32,000 bases of DNA from an uncultured archaeon (GCA_964648855.1 CAZYLT010000006.1:1-32000); one strand, 5' to 3'. Numbered from the stretch's first letter, positions 7,544 to 17,142 are shown. Translations and numbers: made by a program. The notes: generated by a model from the letters alone, not told the origin.

Positions 7544-8638
7544 CTATCTGTATAATCCGCCACTCTCATGACGAATTCTACAGGTTCCTTCATGACCTAC
7601 CATGCAAGGTCCGTAGGGGTCAGAAGGAGTGCATCTCTTTCCAAAAAGAGCACATTCTGTAGGGTCTGTTATTCCCAGAATTACTTCGTGGCATACACAC
7701 CCCGGCAGAATATCGATCGACTCCATTGGCGGAAAGTCATATCTTATCCTTGCGTCATGCTTGCTATATTCTTCTCTGATGAACATGCCTGAATCTGGGA
7801 TAATGCCAAGACCACGCCAGGGGGCATCATCAATTGAGAATGCTTCACTCAAGGCGTTTTGTGCCGCAATATTTCCTTCTGGTCGAACCACACGTCGATA
7901 TTCATTCTCTGACTCTGCACGCCCATCTCTAATCTGTAACAGAATCATCCGGATTGCTTCTAACATATCCAGCGGTTCGAATCCCGCTGCCACACAAGGA
8001 ACTTGGTGATTTTCTGCTATTGGCTGAAATGCATCAGTCCCTATAATGGCACTAACATGTCCAGGCGTGACGAAACCATCAACAGCAAACCCCTTCTGCT
8101 TAACCAGAAGTTCCATCGCTGGTGGAATCACTTTCAGTGAGGTTAAGATACTGAAATTATCGGGTGGGTTCTTCAGAATTTCAATAGCCATAGTCGGTGC
8201 GGTAGTTTCGAAACCCACGCCAATGAAGACTACGTCTCTATCGGGATTCTTTCTCGCAATTTCTACAGCGTCATTTACACCATATACTACTCGCACATCT
8301 GCACCTTTTGATCTTTCCTTGACCAACGAAGAACTGGTCGAAGGGACGCGCATCATATCACCAAAGGTGGTTATTATGTGGCCTCTTTTGGCGAGTTCAA
8401 CAGCTCTATCCACATCCTCCGCGGCACATACACAGACTGGACATCCAGGGCCCGCCACTAGTTGTATTTCTTGGGGCAATACTGCGCGGAGTCCATGACT
8501 ACTAATTGTGTCTTCATGTGTCCCGCAAACATGAACAATTCGCGTCTTCCGGCCTTGATTGAGTTCCTTTATCTCTCGCAAGAGACCTTTTGCCAAACCG
8601 GCGCTTCTAAAACTGTCTTGCTTTTGCATAGGACTCAA
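7544..8638 (-). CDS. hypD: [NiFe]-hydrogenase maturation protein HypD
   Basis: HVCGTH, GPGCPVC, GFETTAP, PGHVS and C-terminal C..C..FG..CTP..P.GPCMV..EGTC. Confidence 0.96.
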   Translation of the reverse strand: MSPMQKQDSFRSAGLAKGLLREIKELNQGRKTRIVHVCGTHEDTISSHGLRAVLPQEIQLVAGPGCPVCVCAAEDVDRAVELAKRGHIITTFGDMMRVPSTSSSLVKERSKGADVRVVYGVNDAVEIARKNPDRDVVFIGVGFETTAPTMAIEILKNPPDNFSILTSLKVIPPAMELLVKQKGFAVDGFVTPGHVSAIIGTDAFQPIAENHQVPCVAAGFEPLDMLEAIRMILLQIRDGRAESENEYRRVVRPEGNIAAQNALSEAFSIDDAPWRGLGIIPDSGMFIREEYSKHDARIRYDFPPMESIDILPGCVCHEVILGITDPTECALFGKRCTPSDPYGPCMVGHEGTCRIRHESGGLYR

Positions 8639-8690
8639 TCCGAGTTGATTATTGCACAGGCAGGGATAAACTTAGTTGAATGGGCACACA

Positions 8691-9074
8691 CTATTTGCTT
8701 GACTTAACTGCATCCAATATGACTAACGCTTCGCCAATGGAGATAGAGAGCTTAATGGCGAGTTGTTTCGGGCTAATTTCCGGATTGTTTGGTAAAACAT
8801 TGTCTCGGGTATATCCCGAGAGGCCGGAGTAAAGTGGACTTCTTCTGGCTGTTTCGACAAGGATATCCCACAAAGGGTGGCTCTTGAAGTCCTTAATATC
8901 AATATCAACAAGCCGGGTAGAACTCTGGGGTCGTGATTGCGGCTCAACCTCTTGAATTTCACTATTCTTATCCACATCACAATCAGATGTATGTGCTGAT
9001 AACCTATCCTGCTTCAATCTTGCGTCCCGTCCTTGAATCCCGGCAAAGAGCTCCTTATTGGAGTCGTCTATCAA
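8691..9074 (-). CDS. Hypothetical protein, possible C-terminal HTH
   Basis: NPEISPKQLAIKLSISIGEALVIL is HTH-like. Confidence 0.55.
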   Translation of the reverse strand: MIDDSNKELFAGIQGRDARLKQDRLSAHTSDCDVDKNSEIQEVEPQSRPQSSTRLVDIDIKDFKSHPLWDILVETARRSPLYSGLSGYTRDNVLPNNPEISPKQLAIKLSISIGEALVILDAVKSSK

Positions 9075-9240
9075 ATTCTTATCTCAGCTAATTATAAGCC
9101 TTCGGTAGAAATCATCCGCGATACGAAATACGGCGCTGATTGCTAACACATTCCGCATCAACCAGAAAATAGCCATCTTAGTAACCTTTAACAACTAAGC
9201 CCCCCTCGGGAATTTATACAAACTCGGCCATAGAGCCATT

Positions 9241-9555
9241 GTGGGGTTTGAAAAAAAGTTGCCTCGTGGCATACGAAGAATCGTTTTGGATGTACTGAAA
9301 CCACACACGCCCAGACTGACAGACCTTGCGATAATGATATCGCGGGATGAACATGTAAGCGGTGTTAACATATCGGTAAAAGAAGTTGATGCAAATACTG
9401 AATCAATAACCATCACTCTTGAGGGTGATGACTTGCAGTATGATACTGTGAAGGAGATTCTACAGGAAGCAGGCGCAGTGGTTCACTCGATTGACCAAGT
9501 TGTTGCTGGCAAACAGCTAATCGAAGAAGTGACCCTACAACCTGAAAATTCCTAA
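9241..9555 (+). CDS. DUF211 (COG1888) family protein
   Basis: IRRIVLDVLKPH...GAVVHSIDQVVAG. Confidence 0.88.
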   Translation: MGFEKKLPRGIRRIVLDVLKPHTPRLTDLAIMISRDEHVSGVNISVKEVDANTESITITLEGDDLQYDTVKEILQEAGAVVHSIDQVVAGKQLIEEVTLQPENS

Positions 9556-10178
9556 TATCGAAAGTCTTGTTGTTCCAATTGCTTGAGCAATCTCTTACTC
9601 TCTCTGTCAATCTTATGCTGCACAATCGATAGCAGTTCTCTCTCGAATGCTTTTGGAACAATCTTCACAATACTGCAGAGCCTATCAACAATCTTTTCCG
9701 CCAGTGCATTGGTTGATAGAACACTCCCAGTAACAATGCTATGCACAACGGCTTCACCCACACTCCCCCTCACAATTGAATCAATCACGCTAGATATTGT
9801 TCCTTGGGGATCTGCATAGAATGGCAATTGGCCCTGGTCATGTAGTGTTAGGAATCCTAGCTTCTCGACAATGCTATCTGCATACCATTCCAAGCTTGTT
9901 TCTTTCATACGAAACTTCGCTGCAAATTCTGTTTTTGTTAGTGGATTTGGATGGCTCCAAGGATGTCTTGTCACAATGAACAATGCTGCAGCGTATAATG
10001 GGTCAGTTTCGCGAGGTGTGCCTTCATACGAAACATATCTTCTAACCAAATCAAGAGCCATCGTCTGATAACTCTCGTCTATCTGATTCTCGATAAAATA
10101 CTGATGTCCTTCTCTCACCAAGTTCACAATAACCTTTGGACTGGCTGCTAAACGAACATTCTCCTCGTGACTCTCCAC
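9552..10178 (-). CDS. Hypothetical protein with a single TFIIB/TFB-type cyclin repeat
   Basis: DPLYAAALFIVTR...PLTKTEFAAKFRMKETSLEWYADSIVEKLG resembles the cyclin-repeat pattern P..AAA.Y...R....T..E.A....V.E.T....Y..L...L. Confidence 0.55.
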   Translation of the reverse strand: MESHEENVRLAASPKVIVNLVREGHQYFIENQIDESYQTMALDLVRRYVSYEGTPRETDPLYAAALFIVTRHPWSHPNPLTKTEFAAKFRMKETSLEWYADSIVEKLGFLTLHDQGQLPFYADPQGTISSVIDSIVRGSVGEAVVHSIVTGSVLSTNALAEKIVDRLCSIVKIVPKAFERELLSIVQHKIDRESKRLLKQLEQQDFRY

Positions 10179-10287
10179 AGCTGAACACCCTTTCTTTGAC
10201 TTATTTTGTGAGGCAGAAGTCCCTTATAACTGCACAGGAAACCGGGGTTTGTAATTATTGTAAGCGCGCCATCAGGCGCTGAATGAG

Positions 10288-10848
10288 TCACCTAGGCCGA
10301 TATGTCTTTTCTAACGCCCACCTAAGGGCTCTTTGAATTTCGCTCAATCTTGCTTCTGTCCTGTAGTTGCGAATTACAATCTCTTCAAGAATTCCATCGT
10401 CCGACTTTACTTCAAAGTCAAAAGCATCATCCCACGTGATATCTCCACTCTCAACCTTCTTTCTGTCTTCTTCTTGGAATTTTCCAAGAATGCGTTCCAC
10501 GAAGAACCTAGCGAACGCTCCTCGTTTAATGTCGTACAGGGCATGAGCCGCAGGAACAACCCGAATTTCATTTTCAGTTATCTCTAAAGATGCAAGCTCC
10601 AAATCCCTCTCCTTATTCATCAACATGACACTACGGAGCTCCTCCACTGGCTTGGGTTGCATTTCTTCAGTTGGTATCATCTCTGCTCCCAAGGCGGTAT
10701 CTGCAGTCGAAAAACTCCCCACGCTAATCACTTCATCTATTGCTTTGATGAATTCCTTTAGTTGTTCTTTTCTCTCTCGGAGTTCTTCCAACTCTGCTTC
10801 GAGTTCTTTTCTCAACTCGAGAAAGATTGGTATCTTCGGGTCGGACAT
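10288..10848 (-). CDS. Hypothetical protein with N-terminal coiled coil
   Basis: Heptad LELRKELEAELEELRERKEQLKEFIKAIDEVI followed by a globular C-terminus. Confidence 0.75.
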   Translation of the reverse strand: MSDPKIPIFLELRKELEAELEELRERKEQLKEFIKAIDEVISVGSFSTADTALGAEMIPTEEMQPKPVEELRSVMLMNKERDLELASLEITENEIRVVPAAHALYDIKRGAFARFFVERILGKFQEEDRKKVESGDITWDDAFDFEVKSDDGILEEIVIRNYRTEARLSEIQRALRWALEKTYRPR

Positions 10849-10968
10849 TATTGAATCCTCTCACTAATGCGCATTAGCTTATTAGTGTATCAATATATTA
10901 TTTGTAGTATTATAAGGTCGAGGAAAAGGCCCTGTTCAGGATGGAGAACCCATTTCAGAGAAACGTGT

Positions 10969-11190
10969 CTATTCATCTTCAACTACAGCTATGGCAAAAT
11001 CGGGGCAGTGCATTTCACAAAGGTGACAAACTGTGCAACTGTCTAGATCCTTTACAACCGGTAGATAGAAGCCTCTATTGTCAACCTCATCTGAAATCTC
11101 AAGGACATCATGTGGACAAACATGAGTGCAAAGATGACAACCCTTGCAGAGTTCTGAATCAATTACTATCGCCCTGGCCTTCTTTGCCAT
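10969..11190 (-). CDS. 2x[4Fe-4S] ferredoxin (2-oxoacid:ferredoxin oxidoreductase delta-like)
   Basis: CKGCHLC...CP and CTVCHLC...CPDFAI. Confidence 0.92.
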   Translation of the reverse strand: MAKKARAIVIDSELCKGCHLCTHVCPHDVLEISDEVDNRGFYLPVVKDLDSCTVCHLCEMHCPDFAIAVVEDE

Positions 11191-11269
11191 TGCTATTCTC
11201 TCGTTCTCTAGTCGCCTGTATTTGGGTTATAATGGTATTTATCTAGTATCCGTCATGACAATATGATAA

Positions 11270-12025
11270 GTGGAATCTATAGGCCACTCAGAGGAAGGAA
11301 CAGCGCTCTTGAAATCATATCTCGTATTCATGTGTCCAAAATGCAGGAATTTCACAAATGCCCCGCTAGGACAAAAAAGGCGAAAATGCAGCTACTGTGG
11401 AAAAATCATTAACATTGAGAATGCCGCCAGCGCTCTATTTGACACTCCTCAAGAGGCTGGAACTGCTGTTCGCGAGTTCAATGCATCAAGAGGGGGAGAT
11501 GAGTTCGATGAGGCTGTGGAGAAATCCCGAAAGAGGATAAATGAGTTGATGCCGCCTGAACGAGTTTCGGTTGATGAAATTTCTGATAAATCGGGCGAAT
11601 CTTTGCCCTCGGGAAAGAGACGTCGCCTGATGGTGATGCTAGAACGCGAGGCAAAAGACACTCCTTGTCCCTTGGAACGAATCGAACGGCTTTCCAAAGA
11701 ATATAAACTGGATTGGGCTTGGGTGGAGGATCATCTTAATGCCTTGGGTAATACTGGAGAACTAATCTTTCCACGTCCTTGGACTGTTAAGCTAATCAAG
11801 GCCTCTAAAACACGCAGGACGGAAGAAAAACTCATTTCTAAAGATGTTTCAAATGAGATAATCGAACTCCTTCGCGAAAATGATGGCGAACTCAATCTTG
11901 AAAAGATTCTTGGTCACTTCAAAGATAAAGGGATATCCGCCTCTTCTGTAGAGTCATCTTTAGATCGTTTGCTCCATAGCGGTGAGATATACACGCCTCG
12001 TCCAAGCACGATTTGTTTGATTTGA
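11270..12025 (+). CDS. Zn-ribbon (DUF1922-like) plus two winged-helix domains; start may be TTG 11309
   Basis: CPKC...CSYCG at the N-term; two wHTH ends, L...GELIFPRP and L...GEIYTPRP. Confidence 0.7.
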   Translation: MESIGHSEEGTALLKSYLVFMCPKCRNFTNAPLGQKRRKCSYCGKIINIENAASALFDTPQEAGTAVREFNASRGGDEFDEAVEKSRKRINELMPPERVSVDEISDKSGESLPSGKRRRLMVMLEREAKDTPCPLERIERLSKEYKLDWAWVEDHLNALGNTGELIFPRPWTVKLIKASKTRRTEEKLISKDVSNEIIELLRENDGELNLEKILGHFKDKGISASSVESSLDRLLHSGEIYTPRPSTICLI

Positions 12026-12065
12026 CGAGTTTGAATGAATCGATAGAACGGAAGAAATTGGAGAA

Positions 12066-12464
12066 GTGATAGGAATGCCGATGGTCGAACTGGTGGCTAA
12101 GAAGGTCTTGGCACGCAATCCTGACATTGGTTTGAGTCTAGTTGATCTTATTGTTTTATTGTGGCTCTATACTAATCCATATGATAGCAATCGACGACAA
12201 CTTTCCTCCATGAAGAACGTACTAAAAATGTCCCATGTTATGCAGACCCCAGTTGGGAGGCTTGAGGTTACCGACGATGAGCTCACACAAATAGTACTAG
12301 GTAGTCTCAGGAAGTTGAAATCCAAAGGACTCATTTACATCAGTTCTGCTGGGGTGCATTATGTTCGGGGCACCCTTACAGAGGCAGGCTTGGAGCTTGT
12401 AGAGAATTCAGTTAGCACCCCTCTTTTGCGGCGTGTGACAACAGAATTTGGGGACAACCCATAG
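12066..12464 (+). CDS. Hypothetical winged-helix protein
   Basis: SLRKLKSKGLIY...LTEAGLELVE wing motif. Confidence 0.7.
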   Translation: MIGMPMVELVAKKVLARNPDIGLSLVDLIVLLWLYTNPYDSNRRQLSSMKNVLKMSHVMQTPVGRLEVTDDELTQIVLGSLRKLKSKGLIYISSAGVHYVRGTLTEAGLELVENSVSTPLLRRVTTEFGDNP

Positions 12465-12497
12465 TAGATTTCGACTGCCATAAACTCGGCCTTTCAT

Positions 12498-12725
12498 AAT
12501 ACTTAAATGCGAAGTGTCTTGAGCTCACCAGTGTTGCTCTCTAGAAACGATTGTTTCGAGACCGAAGGAAGCAGTGCAGGCCACTAGTTCTGCTCGCGAG
12601 AACGGCGTGTATACGTGTGCCGGAGCGTCTTGGAGTGATTGTCGAGGGTGCAGAATGTAATTGATATACCTGGGTAGAGAAACTACCAGAGCTATATCAA
12701 GGTAAAAACCCGGAAGTGAGGCAGA
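12498..12725 (+). promoter_or_regulatory. Promoter and ~195-nt structured 5' leader of the r-protein operon
   Basis: TATA CTTAAAT at 12502-12508; hairpins at 12544-12557, 12603-12622 and 12661-12700. Confidence 0.55.
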
Positions 12726-13190
12726 ATGCCGTCATATGGATATAGTATCATTGGCATAGACCCTGATCGTACAGCAAAAGCTAGTGGAAGGAATATGCGA
12801 TGTTCACCAAAGCATTGCAGAGAAATCTGTAACGAATTACGGGGGATGATGCTGGATAAAGCAATGGATCTCCTTAATGAGGTCATGGAAGAAAAAGCCT
12901 GGATACCATACAGGCGTTATAAGAAAAAGCGTGGTCATCATTCAGGTATGAAAAAATGGCATACCGGTGGTCATCCTGTTAAGGCATCCCGTCACATTCT
13001 CAAGGTGTTAAGAAATGCCGAAGCGAATGCAGATAACAAGGGATTGGATATTGATCGTTTGAAGATACTCCACGCGGCATCGCAAAAGGGACGAACCTAC
13101 AAAAAGTATATTGAGAGAGCATTCGGTCGAAGCACCCCATATTTTGAGCACACTTCTCATGTGGAAGTAGTATTGGAAGAGGTGACCTAA
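12726..13190 (+). CDS. rpl22: 50S ribosomal protein uL22
   Basis: AKASGRNMRCSPKH..EIC, NAEANADNKGLD and RAFGRSTP. Confidence 0.97.
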   Translation: MPSYGYSIIGIDPDRTAKASGRNMRCSPKHCREICNELRGMMLDKAMDLLNEVMEEKAWIPYRRYKKKRGHHSGMKKWHTGGHPVKASRHILKVLRNAEANADNKGLDIDRLKILHAASQKGRTYKKYIERAFGRSTPYFEHTSHVEVVLEEVT

Positions 13191-14096
13191 ATGTCGTCAA
13201 TCAAGTACTTCATTGAAAAGAATACAAGTAGACTTGACATGGATGAATTTCTTGCACGCGAGCTCAACTCAGCTGGTTATGGTGGCGTTGAAATCAGAAA
13301 AATGCCAATGCGCACTGAACTAGTAATTCATTCATCAAGACCTGGCGTCGTTATTGGTCGTCGTGGTTCAAATATTAGAGAGCTGACATATACGCTAGAG
13401 AATGAATTCGGAATCGAGAATATTCAGATTGAGGTTCAAGAGATAGAGAATCCGTGGCTCAACGCTCAGGTTATGGCGTCACGAATAGCCAGACAACTAG
13501 AACGAGGTGTCCGTTATAGAAGAATGTCCTATTGGATTCTTCGTAGAATAATGCGAGCTGGGGCAGTTGGTTGCGAAATCACTGTCAAAGGGAAACTCTC
13601 CAGTAGAAGAGCACGATACCAGAAATTCAAGGCAGGAACTATTGCTAAGACCGGTGAACCGTCGAATGTGTTTGTTGATGAAGCTGATGATCATGCTGTC
13701 CTTAAGCCAGGAGTAATTGGCATAAAGGTCAGAATAATGGGGCCTGCAGTAAATCTGCCTGGATATGTGAATATCCCAGAGCCTGAAGTCATGCCTTCTC
13801 GTGAAACTCCAGTGCTTGTCGAAGAGGAAGCTGAAGGGGAAGCAGAAGAAGCCGAAGAAGAAGTTGAAGAGGGCCTTGAAGGAATAACCGACCTCGACGA
13901 GCTCAAAGAACTTGAGGAACTAGATGGGCTTGAGCTAGTTGATGATAGAGAAGAAGGTCCACAAGAGAAGGATGTTGAAGAACCTGAGGAAGAGGAGCCT
14001 CAGGAAGAAGAGGAATCCGAAATTGATGCAGAAAGCACGATGGATGAGCTTGAAGAGCTGGACAATCTTGACGACAGCGAGGAAGGAGGCGACTAA
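13191..14096 (+). CDS. rps3: 30S ribosomal protein uS3 with ~100-aa acidic C-terminal tail
   Basis: AGYGGVEI, RPGVVIGRRG (KH domain) and KPGVIGIKVRIM. Confidence 0.97.
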   Translation: MSSIKYFIEKNTSRLDMDEFLARELNSAGYGGVEIRKMPMRTELVIHSSRPGVVIGRRGSNIRELTYTLENEFGIENIQIEVQEIENPWLNAQVMASRIARQLERGVRYRRMSYWILRRIMRAGAVGCEITVKGKLSSRRARYQKFKAGTIAKTGEPSNVFVDEADDHAVLKPGVIGIKVRIMGPAVNLPGYVNIPEPEVMPSRETPVLVEEEAEGEAEEAEEEVEEGLEGITDLDELKELEELDGLELVDDREEGPQEKDVEEPEEEEPQEEEESEIDAESTMDELEELDNLDDSEEGGD

Positions 14097-14099
14097 TCA

Positions 14100-14312
14100 A
14101 TGGCACGGCTTACGCCTCAGGATATCAGAAAACTTACTCCTAATGAGCGGAAGAAACGGCTTCAAGAGCTGTATGACGAGCTATCATCCGTTAGAGTTGA
14201 CTTGGCTACTGGCGGCGGAACGGATAATCCGTACAGAATGCGTGCTGTAAAGAAAGCAATTGCTCGAATTCTAACCATACAGAGAGAAGAAGAACTGGGG
14301 GTTTACGAATGA
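14100..14312 (+). CDS. rpl29: 50S ribosomal protein uL29
   Basis: DNPYRMRAVKKAIARILT; synteny. Confidence 0.95.
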   Translation: MARLTPQDIRKLTPNERKKRLQELYDELSSVRVDLATGGGTDNPYRMRAVKKAIARILTIQREEELGVYE

Positions 14313-14593
14313 CAATCACACCGAGGAACCTCTTGGGACACGAATTGATGGGCCTGAAGGCACATGTAGTGAAATCTACAGATTCTACCCATGTTTCCCA
14401 GAATGGACTAATCGTGGCAGAATCAAGGTCAATGCTTCAACTCGAAACCGAAAAGGGAGATATATTGTTACCAAAAGAAGTGTGTACCTTTGATATTACG
14501 CTTCCAGATGAAACCGTAGTCAGGGTGGATGGCAATCTCTTGCATGGTCGCCCAGAAGATAGAATGAAGAAACGTCACAAACGGAGATGGTAA
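14309..14593 (+). CDS. rnp1: Ribonuclease P protein component 1 (Rpp29/Pop4)
   Basis: ITPRNLLGHELMGL...LHGRPEDR. Confidence 0.93.
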   Translation: MTITPRNLLGHELMGLKAHVVKSTDSTHVSQNGLIVAESRSMLQLETEKGDILLPKEVCTFDITLPDETVVRVDGNLLHGRPEDRMKKRHKRRW

Positions 14594-14961
14594 GAATGGC
14601 AAAGACCAAGAACAAAGCAAGGAATATTGGCGTACCCAGTATAGAGCCTCCCGAAGAAGCTTGTGAAGACCCTAGATGTCCATTTCATGGTAATCTTCCG
14701 GTGCGAGGCCGTGTTGTAGAAGGAATTGTGCGTTCTACAAAGATGCATAGAACCATTTCATTTGAAATGAACTACCTCAGCCTAGTGAAGAAGTACTCAC
14801 GCTTTGAGCGTCGGAGGTCAAAGAAACTTGCTCACCTTCCCCCTTGCATAGATGTGAAAGTTGGGGACATGGTTACAGTTGCAGAGTGCAGACCTTTGAG
14901 CAAGAACGTATCATCAGTTGTAATTGCTTCAAGACCGAGTGAAACTGTAACGGAGGAATAG
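14587..14961 (+). CDS. rps17: 30S ribosomal protein uS17 (likely start 14596)
   Basis: CEDPRCPFHG, HLPPC and ECRPLSK. Confidence 0.96.
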   Translation: MVRMAKTKNKARNIGVPSIEPPEEACEDPRCPFHGNLPVRGRVVEGIVRSTKMHRTISFEMNYLSLVKKYSRFERRRSKKLAHLPPCIDVKVGDMVTVAECRPLSKNVSSVVIASRPSETVTEE

Positions 14962-14964
14962 TAA

Positions 14965-15387
14965 ATGTCACGTAAAGTTGGAAGAGGAATTCGAAAATTT
15001 ATTCCTAAGATTGCCAGAGGACTTCCTATTGGGGCTAAACTAGTATGCGCTGACAACTCAGGGGCTCGAGAACTACAACTCATCGCTGTGTTTGGTTACA
15101 AAGGTAATGTACGTAAGATTGCGAAGGCTGGTGTCGGAGATCAAATCAACGTGGCTGTCACCAAAGGGAAACAAGATCTACGAAAGCAAGTCTTGCAAGC
15201 GATAATAGTTCGTCAAAGAAAACCCTACCGTCGACCAGATGGGTCTTGGATTCAGTTTGAAGATAATGCAGCCGTGTTAATCAAGCCTGGAGGAGAACCT
15301 CAAGGTTCAGAGTTGAGAGGCCCAATGGCCAGAGAGGTCACCTTACGATGGCCAAGAGTTGCAGCGATTGCATCCAAGATTGTATGA
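14965..15387 (+). CDS. rpl14: 50S ribosomal protein uL14
   Basis: CADNSGA, RQRKPYRR.DG and FEDNAAV. Confidence 0.97.
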   Translation: MSRKVGRGIRKFIPKIARGLPIGAKLVCADNSGARELQLIAVFGYKGNVRKIAKAGVGDQINVAVTKGKQDLRKQVLQAIIVRQRKPYRRPDGSWIQFEDNAAVLIKPGGEPQGSELRGPMAREVTLRWPRVAAIASKIV

Positions 15388-15398
15388 GGTGTTGAGAA

Positions 15399-15785
15399 AT
15401 GACAAAGAAAAGCAGTTCAAAATCCCCACGAAAGCAGAGACGTCGCATATACAAGTCTCCTCTTCATAGTCACAAGAATATGCTGAAATGTAGACTTGAT
15501 GAGTTTCTGAGGGAAGAATACGCAATGCGGTCGCTAGTTCCGAAGACGGGCGACTTGGTCAGAATCATGAGAGGGCAATTTAGAGAAACTGAAGGAAAAA
15601 TAGTTCGCGTCGATTATCGAAACGTACGCATTTACATTGATAGCGCGACAACTACCAAGGCTGATGGGAAGGAGGCGCAAATTCCTATTCACCCATCAAA
15701 TCTAATGTTAGTGGAATTAGAACTTGATGACGATAGAAGAGAAATCATTGAACAAAAGACGCTAAAGATGGCGGAGAGTGAATAG
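15399..15785 (+). CDS. rpl24: 50S ribosomal protein uL24
   Basis: SKSPRKQR, GDLVRIMRG and PIHPSNL. Confidence 0.96.
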   Translation: MTKKSSSKSPRKQRRRIYKSPLHSHKNMLKCRLDEFLREEYAMRSLVPKTGDLVRIMRGQFRETEGKIVRVDYRNVRIYIDSATTTKADGKEAQIPIHPSNLMLVELELDDDRREIIEQKTLKMAESE

Positions 15786-16541
15786 ATGGCACGAAGAGGT
15801 CAAAAGAAGCATTTGAAGAGGCTGCCTGCACCTAGGCATTGGCCAATCAAAAGAAAGCATGGCAAGTTTACAACTCGACCAATACCAGGTCCACATCCAA
15901 AGGAAGAGTGCCTGACATTAGCAATTCTTCTGAGAGAGGTTCTTGGGCATGCCAAGAACATGCGGGAGGTTCGAGTTATATTATCGGGCGGTCAGGTACT
16001 GGTTGATGGTGTACCGCGAAAGAATCCGCGATTTCCTGTTGGCTTGATGGATACGATTCAGCTACTTGGTTCTGGAGAACGTTACCGTTTACTCCCGAAG
16101 CGAAAGGGAGGTCTCAGACTCGTTGAGATTGATGAAGAAGCTGCCAGTATGAAACTAGCTAGAATTGAGAAGAAAATGATGGTTCCTGGCGGAAGAGTGC
16201 AATTGAGTCTTCATGATGGTAGAAATATACAATTGCCTGAGGATGCAAAATCATCTGATTACAATACTTTGGATACACTTGCCATAAGTGTGCCCGAACA
16301 AGAGATTCTAGAATCCATACCGCTAGAAGATGGCAACTATGCCGTGGTATCTAGAGGTCGGAACGTAGGAATTGAGGGAAAGGTCTTAGGGATCCAGAGG
16401 CGGCTTGGCACACATACAAGTACCGTTACACTTCAAGCTCCAGATGGAAGCAGATTCGAAACTGCTCTTGATTATGTCTTTATTGTTGGAAAGGATAAGT
16501 CAATGATTAAGCTTGGTTCAGCAGGAGAGATGTCCGAATGA
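15786..16541 (+). CDS. rps4e: 30S ribosomal protein eS4
   Basis: KKHLKRLPAP, PGPH, FPVGLMD and LHDGRN. Confidence 0.97.
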   Translation: MARRGQKKHLKRLPAPRHWPIKRKHGKFTTRPIPGPHPKEECLTLAILLREVLGHAKNMREVRVILSGGQVLVDGVPRKNPRFPVGLMDTIQLLGSGERYRLLPKRKGGLRLVEIDEEAASMKLARIEKKMMVPGGRVQLSLHDGRNIQLPEDAKSSDYNTLDTLAISVPEQEILESIPLEDGNYAVVSRGRNVGIEGKVLGIQRRLGTHTSTVTLQAPDGSRFETALDYVFIVGKDKSMIKLGSAGEMSE

Positions 16542-17131
16542 GTGCTGAGAACGAAGTATCGCTCGAAAATGAAGAGCTCTATGTCAAGGACTGGGAGGTA
16601 TATCCTATGCGGAAGCCTTTGATTGCAAAAGTTGTTGTTGACATGTGTACTGGTTCAGGCGAGCAACTAAATCGGGCTAGCACTATCCTAGAAGAGCTCA
16701 CGGATCAAACTCCTGTGCAGTCCCGTGCAAAGCAAACAGTTCGTGAATTTGGTATTCGCCGAAAAGAACCAATTGCTGTACGTGTCACTCTTCGAGATGA
16801 CAGAGCCACGAAATTCCTTGAAAAGGCTCTGAAGGCGAAAGAGGATGTACTACTGATTAAGAACTGGGATGATAGCGGGAATTTTGCATTCGGAATAAGT
16901 GAACATATCGACATACCTGAAGTGAAATACGTTCCAGAACTTGGAATTCAAGGAATGAACATCACTGTTTGTGTGGAGCGCCCCGGCTATCGAGTAAAGC
17001 GAAGGAGAAAACAGCGGGCGAAGATACCGTACCGTCACAGATTGACTCCTGAGGAGAGCATGGTGTTCATCAAGAACAAGTTTGGAGTGGAAATACTCGA
17101 AAAGGAGAGAGAGCGCACATATCTATTCTGA
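16538..17131 (+). CDS. rpl5: 50S ribosomal protein uL5
   Basis: FGIRRKEPIAVRVTLR, GNFAFGISEHI and RPGYRV. Confidence 0.97.
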   Translation: MSAENEVSLENEELYVKDWEVYPMRKPLIAKVVVDMCTGSGEQLNRASTILEELTDQTPVQSRAKQTVREFGIRRKEPIAVRVTLRDDRATKFLEKALKAKEDVLLIKNWDDSGNFAFGISEHIDIPEVKYVPELGIQGMNITVCVERPGYRVKRRRKQRAKIPYRHRLTPEESMVFIKNKFGVEILEKERERTYLF

Positions 17132-17142
17132 GGTGAGCTATA

